The position numbers and the translations under genes are program-made. From a virus (taxonomy: Duplodnaviria > Heunggongvirae > Uroviricota > Caudoviricetes), in the IMG/VR virus record IMGVR_UViG_3300020576_001727, positions 103,062 to 167,061 of that record: a stretch of 64,000 bases of DNA. One strand, given 5' to 3'. Shown piece by piece: positions 28,506-36,276 of the stretch; position 1 is the stretch's first letter; each line of letters begins with the position of its first letter. The notes under the pieces are model-generated. The model was not told the DNA's origin and ran no database searches. It was given only the letters and a program-made list of their open reading frames with translations.

Positions 28506-28883
28506 ATGGCTTATGTGTCGAAGGAAACCAAGGCGGCTGTTATGGTTGCTCTTGCTGCAACCGGCGCTAAGAAGGAAGGTTTTTCTTGGACGGTCGGCGT
28601 TCGCGACCACATGACCTTGCAAGTCAAGATTTGGAAGTATCCGACTTGGTTCAAGCTGAATCAGAAGTGGAGCGAATACGACTCCGAATATGGAATTGAT
28701 CTGAACACGTATCATCCTCATATGTATTTCGATGATACGCCGGAAGGGCAGAAGTCGCTTGAATGGATTAAGAAGTTCATCGCGGCAATGAACACTGGCA
28801 ATTGGGACAAGTCGGACGTGATGACTGATTATTTCAATGTTGGGTTTTTCGTGTCATTAAGGTTGTTTCCTAATAAGAAATGA
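28506..28883 (+). CDS. hypothetical protein
   Basis: ORF track; promoter TTGACA at 28449. Confidence 0.4.
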   Translation: MAYVSKETKAAVMVALAATGAKKEGFSWTVGVRDHMTLQVKIWKYPTWFKLNQKWSEYDSEYGIDLNTYHPHMYFDDTPEGQKSLEWIKKFIAAMNTGNWDKSDVMTDYFNVGFFVSLRLFPNKK

Positions 28884-29498
28884 TTTACAATTTTCGTTAT
28901 GAAAACGAGATAATATGTTTGCGGCGACCGATTTATCACAATATTTACATTTAATTTTGGGTTTCGGTCTCCCTTTTTGTTTTGTGCTAGAAGCAATTTT
29001 GATTTTTTCGATAGTTTCTGGCGAATGTGTCTTTCCATAAAATGGATTTTTTTCACCTATACATTTACCTTTTCTGTTTTGTGATATTAGTAATTTAGAT
29101 TCTTCTGTGTGGGGCTTTCTTTTTATGCCTAATTTGGAGAGACTCATATTTCTTCTGGTTTTTTCTGAAAAAGGTTTTCTCTTTCTGCCGATATATGAAA
29201 TGGATAATTCTTTTTTTAATTGTTCGTATTGACGTGCCGTAATTTTAATTTTATTTTTACGCATAGTAAATTGCCAAGCCGCATATGCAAGTTTTTCTTT
29301 ATATGGAGCATCGACCATTCTTATCAGAAGCAGATGGCATAAAAAGTGTTGACGGGCAGATAAACGTATGATATTATTGTCATCGTTAGAACCTCCCATG
29401 CATTTTGGAATAATATGATGATTTTCAACATATATGTCATTTTGGGGTTTTGAAATTATATCAAAATACCATTTGGTATATTTGTTATCTTTAAACAT
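28857..29498 (-). CDS. HNH homing endonuclease with NUMOD3 repeats
   Basis: NHHIIPKCMGGSNDDNNIIRL; repeated GRKRKPFSEKT/GIKRKPHTEES. Confidence 0.65.
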   Translation of the reverse strand: MFKDNKYTKWYFDIISKPQNDIYVENHHIIPKCMGGSNDDNNIIRLSARQHFLCHLLLIRMVDAPYKEKLAYAAWQFTMRKNKIKITARQYEQLKKELSISYIGRKRKPFSEKTRRNMSLSKLGIKRKPHTEESKLLISQNRKGKCIGEKNPFYGKTHSPETIEKIKIASSTKQKGRPKPKIKCKYCDKSVAANILSRFHNENCKSFLIRKQP

Positions 29499-29554
29499 TA
29501 GGGAATCCTCCTAATGAGTATATATGAAATTTTAATGTTGGAAGGTATGTGAAA

Positions 29555-29650
29555 ATGGCACATGAACGAAAAAATCGCCCGCGAAAGGGAAGACGTAAGG
29601 TCGGCTCTGCCAAGCGTCTTGCTCGACGCAAGCGCAAACAGAGAAAGTGA
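29555..29650 (+). CDS. 31-aa highly basic peptide (MAHERKNRPRKGRRKVGSAKRLARRKRKQRK)
   Basis: RBS ggaagg 6 nt upstream; 17 of 31 residues R/K. Confidence 0.35.
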   Translation: MAHERKNRPRKGRRKVGSAKRLARRKRKQRK

Positions 29651-29694
29651 CGAATCGATTCATATCGTTACATATTTCGACTAAATAAGAAACA

Positions 29695-29775
29695 TGCCTC
29701 TGTATCAGTCCCGGCTTCGAACCGGTCGTTAAAGCTGTAATGGAGTATGGGGGTTCGAATCCCTTCAGGGGCACC
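29695..29775 (+). tRNA. noncanonical tRNA-like, anticodon-like loop UCG (Arg), canonical acceptor/T-arm, apparent D-arm missing/rearranged
   Basis: acceptor gcctctg/caggggc, hairpin ccgg-cttcgaa-ccgg, T-arm gggggttcgaatccctt, CCA; paralog at 29995. Confidence 0.4.
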
Positions 29776-29780
29776 AATTT

Positions 29781-29855
29781 TGCTTTGTAAGCATTGACGG
29801 TGATGCAGGAGTTTCGTAAACTTCAGAGGATGGTTCGATCCCGTCACAAAGCACC
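29781..29855 (+). tRNA. tRNA-Thr (CGU)
   Basis: acceptor gctttgt/acaaagc, D-stem gcat/atgc, AC stem ggagt/acttc loop ttcgtaa, CCA. Confidence 0.5.
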
Positions 29856-29912
29856 AAATTTTTCTTGACAACGTTCAAAAACACATATATACTAAACCAG
29901 AATTAGAAATTT

Positions 29913-29987
29913 GCGGGTATAACTCAAAGGTAGAGTGTCAGCCTTCCAAGCTGTATGTTGTCGGTTCGAGTCCGATTGCCCGCTCCA
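29913..29987 (+). tRNA. tRNA-Gly (UCC), second copy
   Basis: acceptor gcgggta/tgcccgc, D-stem actc/gagt, loop cttccaa, T-loop ttcgagt, CCA. Confidence 0.5.
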
Positions 29988-29994
29988 GTTTAAT

Positions 29995-30075
29995 GCTTCC
30001 GTATCGCCACCGGCTTCTACCCGGTCGTTAACAGCGTAATGGAGTATGGGGGTTCGAGTCCCTCCGGGAGCACCA
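29995..30075 (+). tRNA. noncanonical tRNA-like, anticodon-like loop UCU (Arg), paralog of 29695
   Basis: acceptor gcttccg/cgggagc covaries with paralog; hairpin accgg-cttctac-ccggt. Confidence 0.4.
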
Positions 30076-30084
30076 GAATTTATA

Positions 30085-30159
30085 GGAATAGTGCCGGAAC
30101 GGTAACGGGACGATCTGCAAAATCGTTTTTAACGGGTTCGACTCCCGTCTATTCCTCCA
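30085..30159 (+). tRNA. tRNA-Cys (GCA)
   Basis: perfect acceptor ggaatag/ctattcc, AC stem acgat/atcgt loop ctgcaaa, T-loop ttcgact, CCA. Confidence 0.55.
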
Positions 30160-30171
30160 AAATTAGAAATT

Positions 30172-30244
30172 GGCTTTGTGGCGGAATTGGCAACGCGGGC
30201 ACCTGCAAAGTGACCAGATTCAGGTTCAAGTCCTGACAAAGCCT
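30172..30244 (+). tRNA. tRNA-like, loop ctgcaaa (GCA) with weak AC stem; no encoded CCA
   Basis: acceptor ggctttg/caaagcc, T-arm tcaggttcaagtcctga. Confidence 0.4.
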
Positions 30245-30263
30245 CAAATTATTTAAGTTTAAT

Positions 30264-30337
30264 ACCCGTATGGTGTAATGGTAGCACAAGAGCCTCCAAA
30301 ACTTTTAGTCTCGATTCGATTTCGGGTGCGGGTGCCA
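30264..30337 (+). tRNA. tRNA-Trp (CCA)
   Basis: acceptor acccgta/tgcgggt, D-arm gtgtaatggtagcac, loop ctccaaa, CCA. Confidence 0.5.
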
Positions 30338-30343
30338 ATAAAT

Positions 30344-30432
30344 GGAAAGTAAAGCAGCCGGGGTGCTGCCGGGGCTTGCTAAGCCTTGGGTGCTGAAATA
30401 TGCATGGGAGTCGGAATCTCTGCTTTCCGCCA
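30344..30432 (+). tRNA. type II tRNA-Ser (GCU)
   Basis: 89 nt; acceptor ggaaagt/gctttcc; AC loop ttgctaa; variable arm hairpin; CCA; T-loop tcggaat noncanonical. Confidence 0.5.
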
Positions 30433-30440
30433 GATTTAAT

Positions 30441-30529
30441 GGAAAATGAACCGGACAGGCGAGCCGGAACCGCCTTGAAAGCGGATTGTCCCGAAAGGGA
30501 TGGATTTCGAGTATGCCCGTCTTCCGCCA
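30441..30529 (+). tRNA. type II tRNA-Ser (UGA)
   Basis: 89 nt; acceptor ggaaaat/gtcttcc (A6-U67 covaries with G6-C67 of paralogs); AC ccgc-cttgaaa-gcgg; variable arm tccc-gaaa-ggga. Confidence 0.45.
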
Positions 30530-30534
30530 TTCAT

Positions 30535-30622
30535 GGAAAGTAAACCGGTTGGGAACCGGACACGTTTCGAAAACGTTGTGACCCGGTAACGGGTTATGGA
30601 TCGATACCATTGCTTTCCTCCA
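30535..30622 (+). tRNA. type II tRNA-Ser (CGA)
   Basis: 88 nt; acceptor ggaaagt/gctttcc; AC loop ttcgaaa; variable arm acccg-gtaa-cgggt; CCA. Confidence 0.5.
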
Positions 30623-30627
30623 TTCAT

Positions 30628-30698
30628 GCCCATGTAGTATAAAGGTATTACGGCGCTTTGGTAAAGCGTAAAATCAGGATCGTTCCCTGACTTGGGCT
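30628..30698 (+). tRNA. tRNA-Thr (GGU), no encoded CCA, one acceptor mismatch
   Basis: D-stem gta/tac, AC stem gcgct/agcgt loop ttggtaa, T-arm tcagg-atcgttc-cctga. Confidence 0.4.
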
Positions 30699-30702
30699 CA
30701 TT

Positions 30703-30749
30703 GAAATCCTAGAATCCATAAATAATAGTAAACTGGATTCTAGGATTTC
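30703..30749 (+). promoter_or_regulatory. 16-bp perfect stem hairpin (gaaatcctagaatcca / tggattctaggatttc, 15-nt loop) immediately upstream of GIY-YIG gene
   Basis: read directly. Confidence 0.55.
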
Positions 30750-30754
30750 CTTAT

Positions 30755-31357
30755 TTGCTATACACGATCTATAAAATTACGAATAATATTAACGGTAAAA
30801 TTTATATTGGTAAACATCAAACTAAAAATTTAGATGATGGGTATTTTGGTTCTGGTAAAAATCTAAAACGTGCGATATCGAAATACGGTATAGAGAACTT
30901 TAACAAAGAAATTCTTTATGTATTCGACAACGAGTCGGATATGAATGTTAAGGAACGTGAATTAGTAACCGAAGAATTTTGTAAACGTCTAGATACCTAC
31001 AATATTTGTGAAGGTGGTAAAGGCGGATTTGGTTATATAAATTCGATTGTATCAAATGAAGATAAATCTAGGTTTGGAAAATTTGGCGCGCAAAAATATG
31101 TCGAACGTTTAAAATCAGACAAAAATTTTGCAGATTTGAGAATTTCTTCTTTCAAAGAAAGTATTCAAAAGTTAAGAGACTCTGGTTGGAAATCGTCCGA
31201 ATCTCATATGAAGTTGATGACTGAAAAAGCAGCCGAAAAAACACGTAACATGATATGGATTACAGACGGTGTTGCTAATAAAAAAATACTAAAAACTAAT
31301 AAAATTCCTCCAAATTTTTATAGAGGAAGAATTGTAAATAAACGTCAATCGTCATGA
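30755..31357 (+). CDS. GIY-YIG homing endonuclease (TTG start)
   Basis: [22 protein letters not shown]...YFGSG...NxE. Confidence 0.65.
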   Translation: MLYTIYKITNNINGKIYIGKHQTKNLDDGYFGSGKNLKRAISKYGIENFNKEILYVFDNESDMNVKERELVTEEFCKRLDTYNICEGGKGGFGYINSIVSNEDKSRFGKFGAQKYVERLKSDKNFADLRISSFKESIQKLRDSGWKSSESHMKLMTEKAAEKTRNMIWITDGVANKKILKTNKIPPNFYRGRIVNKRQSS

Positions 31358-31361
31358 AAGG

Positions 31362-31577
31362 ATGACTATGCGTAACGATTTGATTATAATTGGACTTGCA
31401 TTCTTTGCGGTGTTTGTATTTCCAGTTCCCGCTATGATTTCGGCGGCAAGCACTGTAATGGTTTTGCTAGGAATTGGTATCGTCCTTCTAGGAGGATATG
31501 CGGCTTGGACTTCTGGAATGAAGATTTTCAAGAAGTTTCTGAACAATGATGTTGATAACAATGGAGAAAATGGATGA
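31362..31577 (+). CDS. small two-TM membrane protein
   Basis: two hydrophobic helices; overlaps start of SPFH gene. Confidence 0.45.
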   Translation: MTMRNDLIIIGLAFFAVFVFPVPAMISAASTVMVLLGIGIVLLGGYAAWTSGMKIFKKFLNNDVDNNGENG

Positions 31578-32446
31578 TTCGTAAGATTATGATTGCTGGA
31601 ATGCTCGGAATTTCCTTGCTTTCCTTGGCTGGTTGCGGAAAAGTTCCGGCTGGTAACGTGGGTGTCAAGGTCTATCTGCTAGGTGGCAGCAAGGGTGTTG
31701 ACAGTGAAGTTCTAACTCCCGGGCGCTATTTCATCGGCTGGAATGAAGACCTTTATTTGTTCCCTACGTTCACTCAAAACTATGTTTGGACCAAGGATTC
31801 AAGACCCGGTTCCGAGACAGACGAATCATTTACTTTCCAAACAAAGGAAGGCATGGCGGTAACAGCCGATATCGGTATCAGCTATGCAATTCGTCCAGAA
31901 AGTGTCAGCACGATCTTTCAGAAGTATCGTCGCGGGGTGGATGAAATCACAGATACTTTCTTGCGCAACATGGTAAGAGACGCCTTGGTTGTCGAAGCCT
32001 CGAAACTTCCAATCGAGTCGGTTTATGGTGCTGGTAAGGAAGATTTGATCAAGTCGGTTGAAAATCGCGTCAAATCGCAAGTCAATGAACTTGGTATCAA
32101 CATTGAGCGCATTTATTGGATTAATAGTCTTGAACTTCCTCCGGAAGTCGTCGGATTGATCAATGCTAAGATTGGTGCAACTCAAAAGACTCAACAGCGC
32201 CAGAATGAAATCGAGCAAGTCAAGGCTGAAGCTCAAAAGGCAATTGAAGAAGCGCGCGGTCTTGCTGAATCGGTCAAGCTAAGAGCGCAAGCCGAAGCAG
32301 AAGCCAACCGGATCATTAATCAGTCTTTGACCGATGACTTGGTTCGTTATAAGGCTTTGGAAAAATGGGATGGCGTATTGCCTCGTATGACGGGCGGCGG
32401 TGCAGTTCCTTTCATTGATGTAGAAAAAACCATTTCCAATCAATGA
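31574..32446 (+). CDS. SPFH/band-7 (prohibitin-like) domain lipoprotein
   Basis: lipobox LLSLAGCG; band-7 like core; C-terminal coiled-coil AQAEAEANRI. Confidence 0.55.
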   Translation: MIRKIMIAGMLGISLLSLAGCGKVPAGNVGVKVYLLGGSKGVDSEVLTPGRYFIGWNEDLYLFPTFTQNYVWTKDSRPGSETDESFTFQTKEGMAVTADIGISYAIRPESVSTIFQKYRRGVDEITDTFLRNMVRDALVVEASKLPIESVYGAGKEDLIKSVENRVKSQVNELGINIERIYWINSLELPPEVVGLINAKIGATQKTQQRQNEIEQVKAEAQKAIEEARGLAESVKLRAQAEAEANRIINQSLTDDLVRYKALEKWDGVLPRMTGGGAVPFIDVEKTISNQ

Positions 32447-32481
32447 ATTAAGAAAAAAATTAGTCGAATCGAAAAAAGTGG

Positions 32482-32510
32482 TTGACATTCGTTTCCGGTT
32501 CGACTAAATT
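32482..32510 (+). promoter_or_regulatory. promoter TTGACA-N17-TAAATT
   Basis: read directly. Confidence 0.5.
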
Positions 32511-32641
32511 AAGAGCATAGAGATTGAAGGGAAGCCGGTGGGTTTCCAGTTCTTTGAAAATTGAAGCGAAAGAAAAGAGGCGTGTCCCGCGCGTGAGTCC
32601 GGTTTACCGGACAGGGAATGAGTTAATCATCCAAAGATTTT

Positions 32642-33196
32642 TTGTTGACAACATCAAATGTCACATATATAGTAACACAGAATATGAAACTCTGCGAAAC
32701 TTGTCATAATCAACATGATGGTAATTTTGGTTCCGGAAGATTTTGTTGCAAAAAATGCGCTTGTTCATATAGCACCAAAAATTCTAGACATGAGATTAAT
32801 CAGAAGGTCAAAAATGCTTTAATTGGTCGAAAAGCTTCGATTGAAACGATAGACAAGATGAAAGAATCTTGGAAATCGAGAAAATCAAGCAATTCCTATT
32901 ATAGGCGTTCGCAAACGAATATTGAAGATATTTGTGTAGTCGATTCTATCTATACTACTAAATATGTTAAAGAAAGATTATTTCGCGACAATCTAAAAAA
33001 ATATGAATGTGAAGAATGTGGATTATATGAGTGGCGAAATAAGCCAATAACATTACAACTTCATCACAGAAATGGTAAAAATAAAGATCATAGATTAGAA
33101 AATCTGCAAATCTTATGTCCAATGTGTCATTCTCAAACGGACAATTATGCAGGAAGAAATAGAAGGCTTCGTATTTTAACTGGAAAGATGCATTGA
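32642..33196 (+). CDS. HNH homing endonuclease
   Basis: LQLHHRNGKNKDHRLENLQILCPMCH; N-terminal Zn ribbons; own promoter TTGACA-N17-TATAGT upstream. Confidence 0.65.
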   Translation: MLTTSNVTYIVTQNMKLCETCHNQHDGNFGSGRFCCKKCACSYSTKNSRHEINQKVKNALIGRKASIETIDKMKESWKSRKSSNSYYRRSQTNIEDICVVDSIYTTKYVKERLFRDNLKKYECEECGLYEWRNKPITLQLHHRNGKNKDHRLENLQILCPMCHSQTDNYAGRNRRLRILTGKMH

Positions 33197-33241
33197 CTAC
33201 GAATCAATGAGGTAAAGGTTCGAATCCTTTCGAAGTCGCCA
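33195..33241 (+). pseudogene. tRNA 3' fragment / minihelix (acceptor + T-arm + CCA, no D or anticodon arm) abutting HNH stop codon
   Basis: gactacg..aaaggttcgaatccttt cgaagtc g cca. Confidence 0.4.
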
Positions 33242-33244
33242 ATA

Positions 33245-33319
33245 CAGGGTGTAAGAGATAAGATCATCGGTCGGTTTTGGAAACCGGCTAAGCTGGAGCG
33301 TTACCAGCCATCCTGACCA
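33245..33319 (+). tRNA. tRNA-Pro (UGG), weak D-stem, noncanonical T-loop
   Basis: acceptor cagggtg/catcctg, AC stem gtcggt/accggc loop tttggaa, CCA. Confidence 0.45.
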
Positions 33320-33401
33320 ATTCTCTCTTAAGTGTTGGCGCACGAAAGAGAGATAAGCAAAGCCCGAAAAAGCAAATCACGCCAATGATTTGTGAGTAAC
33401 G

Positions 33402-33470
33402 AGTCATATCGTCTAGGGCGGAAGGACGCCCCTGTTGAAGGGGGAAACGTGGGTTCGAATCCCATTATGT
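33402..33470 (+). tRNA. tRNA-like (D-arm cgtc/gacg, T-arm gtgggttcgaatcccat) whose acceptor halves do not pair; possible pseudo-tRNA
   Basis: hand fold. Confidence 0.3.
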
Positions 33471-33862
33471 TTAGCTTTGCTTTAAAATTTCGGATTAAGT
33501 TCCCGTCAACGCACACTAGCGACGTTAACTTTGGGTGCCGTGTTTTGTTGCTTCCTCCCGTTAAGAAAGCAATCCTTTTGATTATTTTCGGCGAAAAATA
33601 ATCGGTCATGCGTGAGTGTCTACAATTCTTACGCCGTATGGTAGCACGGATGCACCATGTCAATGCCAGTCAGACATACCCAAAAATGTGATATAATTGG
33701 AAAAAAATATCAATCTGGCAACCTATTAAATGCTTGATTTGACTATAAAATCAGGTATAATACAGTAAACAGGAACGATGAATCAGATAGTTTTCGTCCT
33801 ATCGTTCAAAGCGTCGTAAAGTCCGCCCGGTCTGTTCAAAACGGTGGCGGGTTAGAATTTAT

Positions 33863-33940
33863 TCCTCAGAGGCGAGCAAGGTGCACGCGGCGGTCTGTTA
33901 AACCGAGTTAAGGCAGGTTCGATTCCTGCTTGGGGAGCCA
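33863..33940 (+). tRNA. tRNA-Asn (GUU), U1-A72
   Basis: acceptor tcctcag/ttgggga with wobbles, AC loop ctgttaa, T-arm gcaggttcgattcctgc, CCA. Confidence 0.45.
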
Positions 33941-34138
33941 AAATAAGTTATTGACAAGCTTGAAGAAATTCGCTAGGATATGTCAATAATAGGAACCGGA
34001 AGTGGGGTATCAAATCCTCGATCCCGCCCAACAAATTCAAGCATGGCCAACGCTATGTGATGATCGGATCGCTACCGACGAATTTGTATTATCGGGATTT
34101 GGTGTAAGAAAGCACGCCGGACGAATTTTTTGAATAAT

Positions 34139-34212
34139 GCGGGTATCGTATAACGGAATTATGCGACGTTGCCAACGTTGAGAAGTCGGATCGTCCCCGA
34201 CTACCCGCACCA
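34139..34212 (+). tRNA. tRNA-Gly (GCC)
   Basis: perfect acceptor gcgggta/tacccgc, AC stem cgacg/cgttg loop ttgccaa, CCA. Confidence 0.55.
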
Positions 34213-34275
34213 AGAATGAGCCTTTGGAAACGATCACTGTGCTTTGACACAAATCCCCAAGGGACGTGAATAAAT

Positions 34276-34350
34276 GGCGCATTAGTTTAGTGGCTAGAAT
34301 CCTCGGCTTTCAACCGGGAGGAAGGGGATCGAAACCCCTATGCGCTACCA
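34276..34350 (+). tRNA. tRNA-Glu (UUC)
   Basis: acceptor ggcgcat/atgcgct, loop ctttcaa, T-arm aggggatcgaaacccct, CCA. Confidence 0.55.
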
Positions 34351-34377
34351 AATTGGAATAGAAATATTCCTACGTTT

Positions 34378-34452
34378 TGCGGGGTAGAGAAGCAGCATCT
34401 CGCCACTCTCATAAAGTGGAAATCATCGGTGCGAGTCCGGTCCCCGCAACCA
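34378..34452 (+). tRNA. tRNA with CAU anticodon (Met/fMet/Ile2)
   Basis: D-stem gaga/tctc, AC stem ccact/agtgg loop ctcataa, CCA. Confidence 0.55.
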
Positions 34453-34504
34453 ATAATACGTTATAAGGTAAAGTTCGGATGGCTGACTTAAGCAGCGTAA
34501 AACC

Positions 34505-34918
34505 TTAAGAATTTCGTAAATTATAATGTAGTTTACGATGACAGTTTGAACAAAGAATATCACATTTTTCGATTTCTTTCTTGATACGATCAAGCGATAT
34601 TCCGTTTCTAGATAATCTGGCAATTGACTGTTCTTTTTGATTAGGATCACGATGATGAAAATCAAGTGCTGCAATGTGATTTTCTGGACATTGACTGCAT
34701 GATTTATCAGAAAGATATTGCAATACATATTCTCTGTTACGATTGTATATGTTTTTGACGTTTTTGCGAACACGTTTGCGTTCATCAGAATTATTTTTAT
34801 ATTTTTCTCTATTATGAGTTCGAATACATTCTTTACACCAAGAATTAAGTTTTCCGTTTGTCTTGGGTGAAAATTGATTTTCCTCTTTTAGAGATTGACA
34901 TTTAGAACAAATTTTCAT
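34505..34918 (-). CDS. HNH homing endonuclease
   Basis: CSQCPENHIAALDFHHRDPNQKE...CSNCHRKLH. Confidence 0.65.
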   Translation of the reverse strand: MKICSKCQSLKEENQFSPKTNGKLNSWCKECIRTHNREKYKNNSDERKRVRKNVKNIYNRNREYVLQYLSDKSCSQCPENHIAALDFHHRDPNQKEQSIARLSRNGISLDRIKKEIEKCDILCSNCHRKLHYNLRNS

Positions 34919-34962
34919 AGATTTAGATATCCTTTTAATTTCTAAATCTATTTATGATTATT

Positions 34963-35040
34963 GCCCGACTGACGAAAATGGAAGCCGTGTCAGACTTAGA
35001 ATCTGAATTTTTGGGGGTTCGACTCCCCCGTTGGGCACCA
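34963..35040 (+). tRNA. tRNA, anticodon UAG (Leu-like, short variable arm)
   Basis: acceptor gcccgac/gttgggc, AC stem tcaga/tctga loop cttagaa, T-arm gggggttcgactccccc, CCA. Confidence 0.5.
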
Positions 35041-35047
35041 AATTAAT

Positions 35048-35122
35048 GCCGGTATAGTGCTAATGGTAACACGCCTGTTTGTGGAGCAGGAATCAAAGGA
35101 TCGATACCTTTTGCCGGTGCCA
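35048..35122 (+). tRNA. tRNA-His (GUG)
   Basis: acceptor gccggta/tgccggt, AC stem cctgt/gcagg loop ttgtgga, CCA. Confidence 0.5.
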
Positions 35123-35343
35123 TTTAGACTTTAGGGCGCGCGGAATGCCGTTGCTTCCCTAATGTCTAGACCCAAAGATTATGGGCGATTGGGTCTATAA
35201 ATATAAGGCTTGTTGAAAGACAAGAATTCGTCGCGGTCATGCTCTTTGAGTTCATTCCGTAAAGGTTGGACACTCCTTTCAAAAGTGCTATCGAGGGTTT
35301 AGGTGATTTTCCCGCGTAAGCAAAAAATCATACCAGTTTTAAT

Positions 35344-35417
35344 GGTCCCTTGATGTAATGGTAGCATACCACTCTGTCTAAGTGAGAGCAGCGGATCGTA
35401 ACCGCTAGGGATCGCCA
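35344..35417 (+). tRNA. tRNA-Asp (GUC)
   Basis: acceptor ggtccct/agggatc, D-stem atgt/gcat, loop ctgtcta, CCA. Confidence 0.45.
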
Positions 35418-35560
35418 ATGAGAACGCACAGCCCGAATGCCTAATTATGGTCAAGACTGTGGTTCAATAGTCCGGTGGCTACCTTTGCCCGTAAGGGTGT
35501 GGAACCAACCACTTAATAGTTAGACGACTGAACGGTGTCGGCAAACCCGGAAGTTGGGTG

Positions 35561-35585
35561 GAAATCCCAACAACTTTTTAAAAAG
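35561..35585 (+). terminator. rho-independent terminator gttggg-tggaaat-cccaac + T-run
   Basis: read directly. Confidence 0.5.
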
Positions 35586-35649
35586 TCTCTTGACAATCTT
35601 TCGGTCAAGAGATAATATATACATAACATGAACGAAAGGAATTAATCAG

Positions 35650-35745
35650 ATGGCGTGGGTAAAAGAAACGGTTCCTTATACTCCCGAATCTTTTGGAATG
35701 GCAATAGCTATTGCCATTTTGATGATCGAATATCTGATTTTCTAG
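35650..35745 (+). CDS. 31-aa hydrophobic peptide (MAWVKETVPYTPESFGMAIAIAILMIEYLIF)
   Basis: TTGACA-N17-TAATAT promoter within 9-bp inverted repeat upstream; RBS aagga. Confidence 0.35.
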   Translation: MAWVKETVPYTPESFGMAIAIAILMIEYLIF

Positions 35746-35748
35746 TGT

Positions 35749-35824
35749 CAGAAACAAGCCTTGGTAGGCTAACTTGTCTCATAAGCAAGCCAAATTGTGA
35801 GTTCGATTCTCACTTCCGCAACCA
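35749..35824 (+). tRNA. tRNA-like with CAU anticodon arm and canonical T-arm, acceptor not pairing as drawn
   Basis: D-arm agcc-ttggta-ggct, AC cttgt-ctcataa-gcaag, T gtgagttcgattctcac, ...cca. Confidence 0.35.
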
Positions 35825-35973
35825 AAGTGGGTGACGCTGCGAAATTGCGAAAGTAACAGCGAAAATTCCCGAATAGGCAAAAACCGAAATCCTAAGCGCG
35901 CTCAAGATGGTCGGTTTGGTTGACAAGCGGGGTTAAGTTTCTTAGCGGGGGCTATGTCAACATTTGAATTCAT

Positions 35974-36049
35974 GGCAGTATGGGGTAGCTGGTGCGCCCG
36001 TCCGTCTCATAAGCGGAAAGAACCTGATCGTAACAGGTTACTGCTACCA
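35974..36049 (+). tRNA. tRNA with CAU anticodon (third copy)
   Basis: acceptor ggcagta/tactgct, D-stem gggt/gccc, AC tccgt-ctcataa-gcgga, CCA. Confidence 0.55.
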
Positions 36050-36058
36050 ATTAATTTA

Positions 36059-36105
36059 GTGCCAAACGGACACGTTGAAAGAACTCTGTTTGGTTTATTT
36101 TATGG
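36059..36105 (+). terminator. hairpin ccaaac...gtttgg followed by tttatttt
   Basis: read directly. Confidence 0.4.
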
Positions 36106-36194
36106 GGAGTGCAAATAAGGGTTGCTGGTGCAGCCGCCGAGTTGTAGCCTCGGTCCTTAATGGCAGGAGATTCGATTTCGTCCATTCCCCACCA
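36104..36194 (+). tRNA. type II tRNA-Tyr (GUA)
   Basis: 88 nt, acceptor ggggagt/attcccc, AC ccgag-ttgtagc-ctcgg, variable arm, CCA. Confidence 0.45.
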
Positions 36195-36202
36195 ATAAAT
36201 AT

Positions 36203-36276
36203 GTCCTCATAGCTTAGTGGCAAAGCGGGCGCTTGATAGGCGTTTGACCTTAGTTCGATTCTAGGTGGGGACACCA
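36203..36276 (+). tRNA. tRNA-Ile (GAU)
   Basis: acceptor gtcctca/tggggac, D-stem gctt/aagc, loop ttgatag, CCA. Confidence 0.5.

Noticed and set aside
30344-30622. Direct repeats 'ggaaagtaaa...ctttccgcca' with regular spacers looked like a possible CRISPR-like array
   Set aside because: Units are ~89 nt with tRNA cloverleaf features and CCA ends; spacers are only ~8 nt; no CRISPR repeat-spacer periodicity.
30249-30633. Minus-strand ORFs 30249..30530, 30305..30610, 30436..30633
   Set aside because: They lie antisense across the tandem tRNA-Ser genes; the repeat/covariation structure supports RNA genes, not proteins.
33328-33663. Minus ORF 33328..33663 and plus ORF 33392..33601
   Set aside because: Overlap tRNA-like elements and hairpins in an intergenic RNA region; low-complexity translation.
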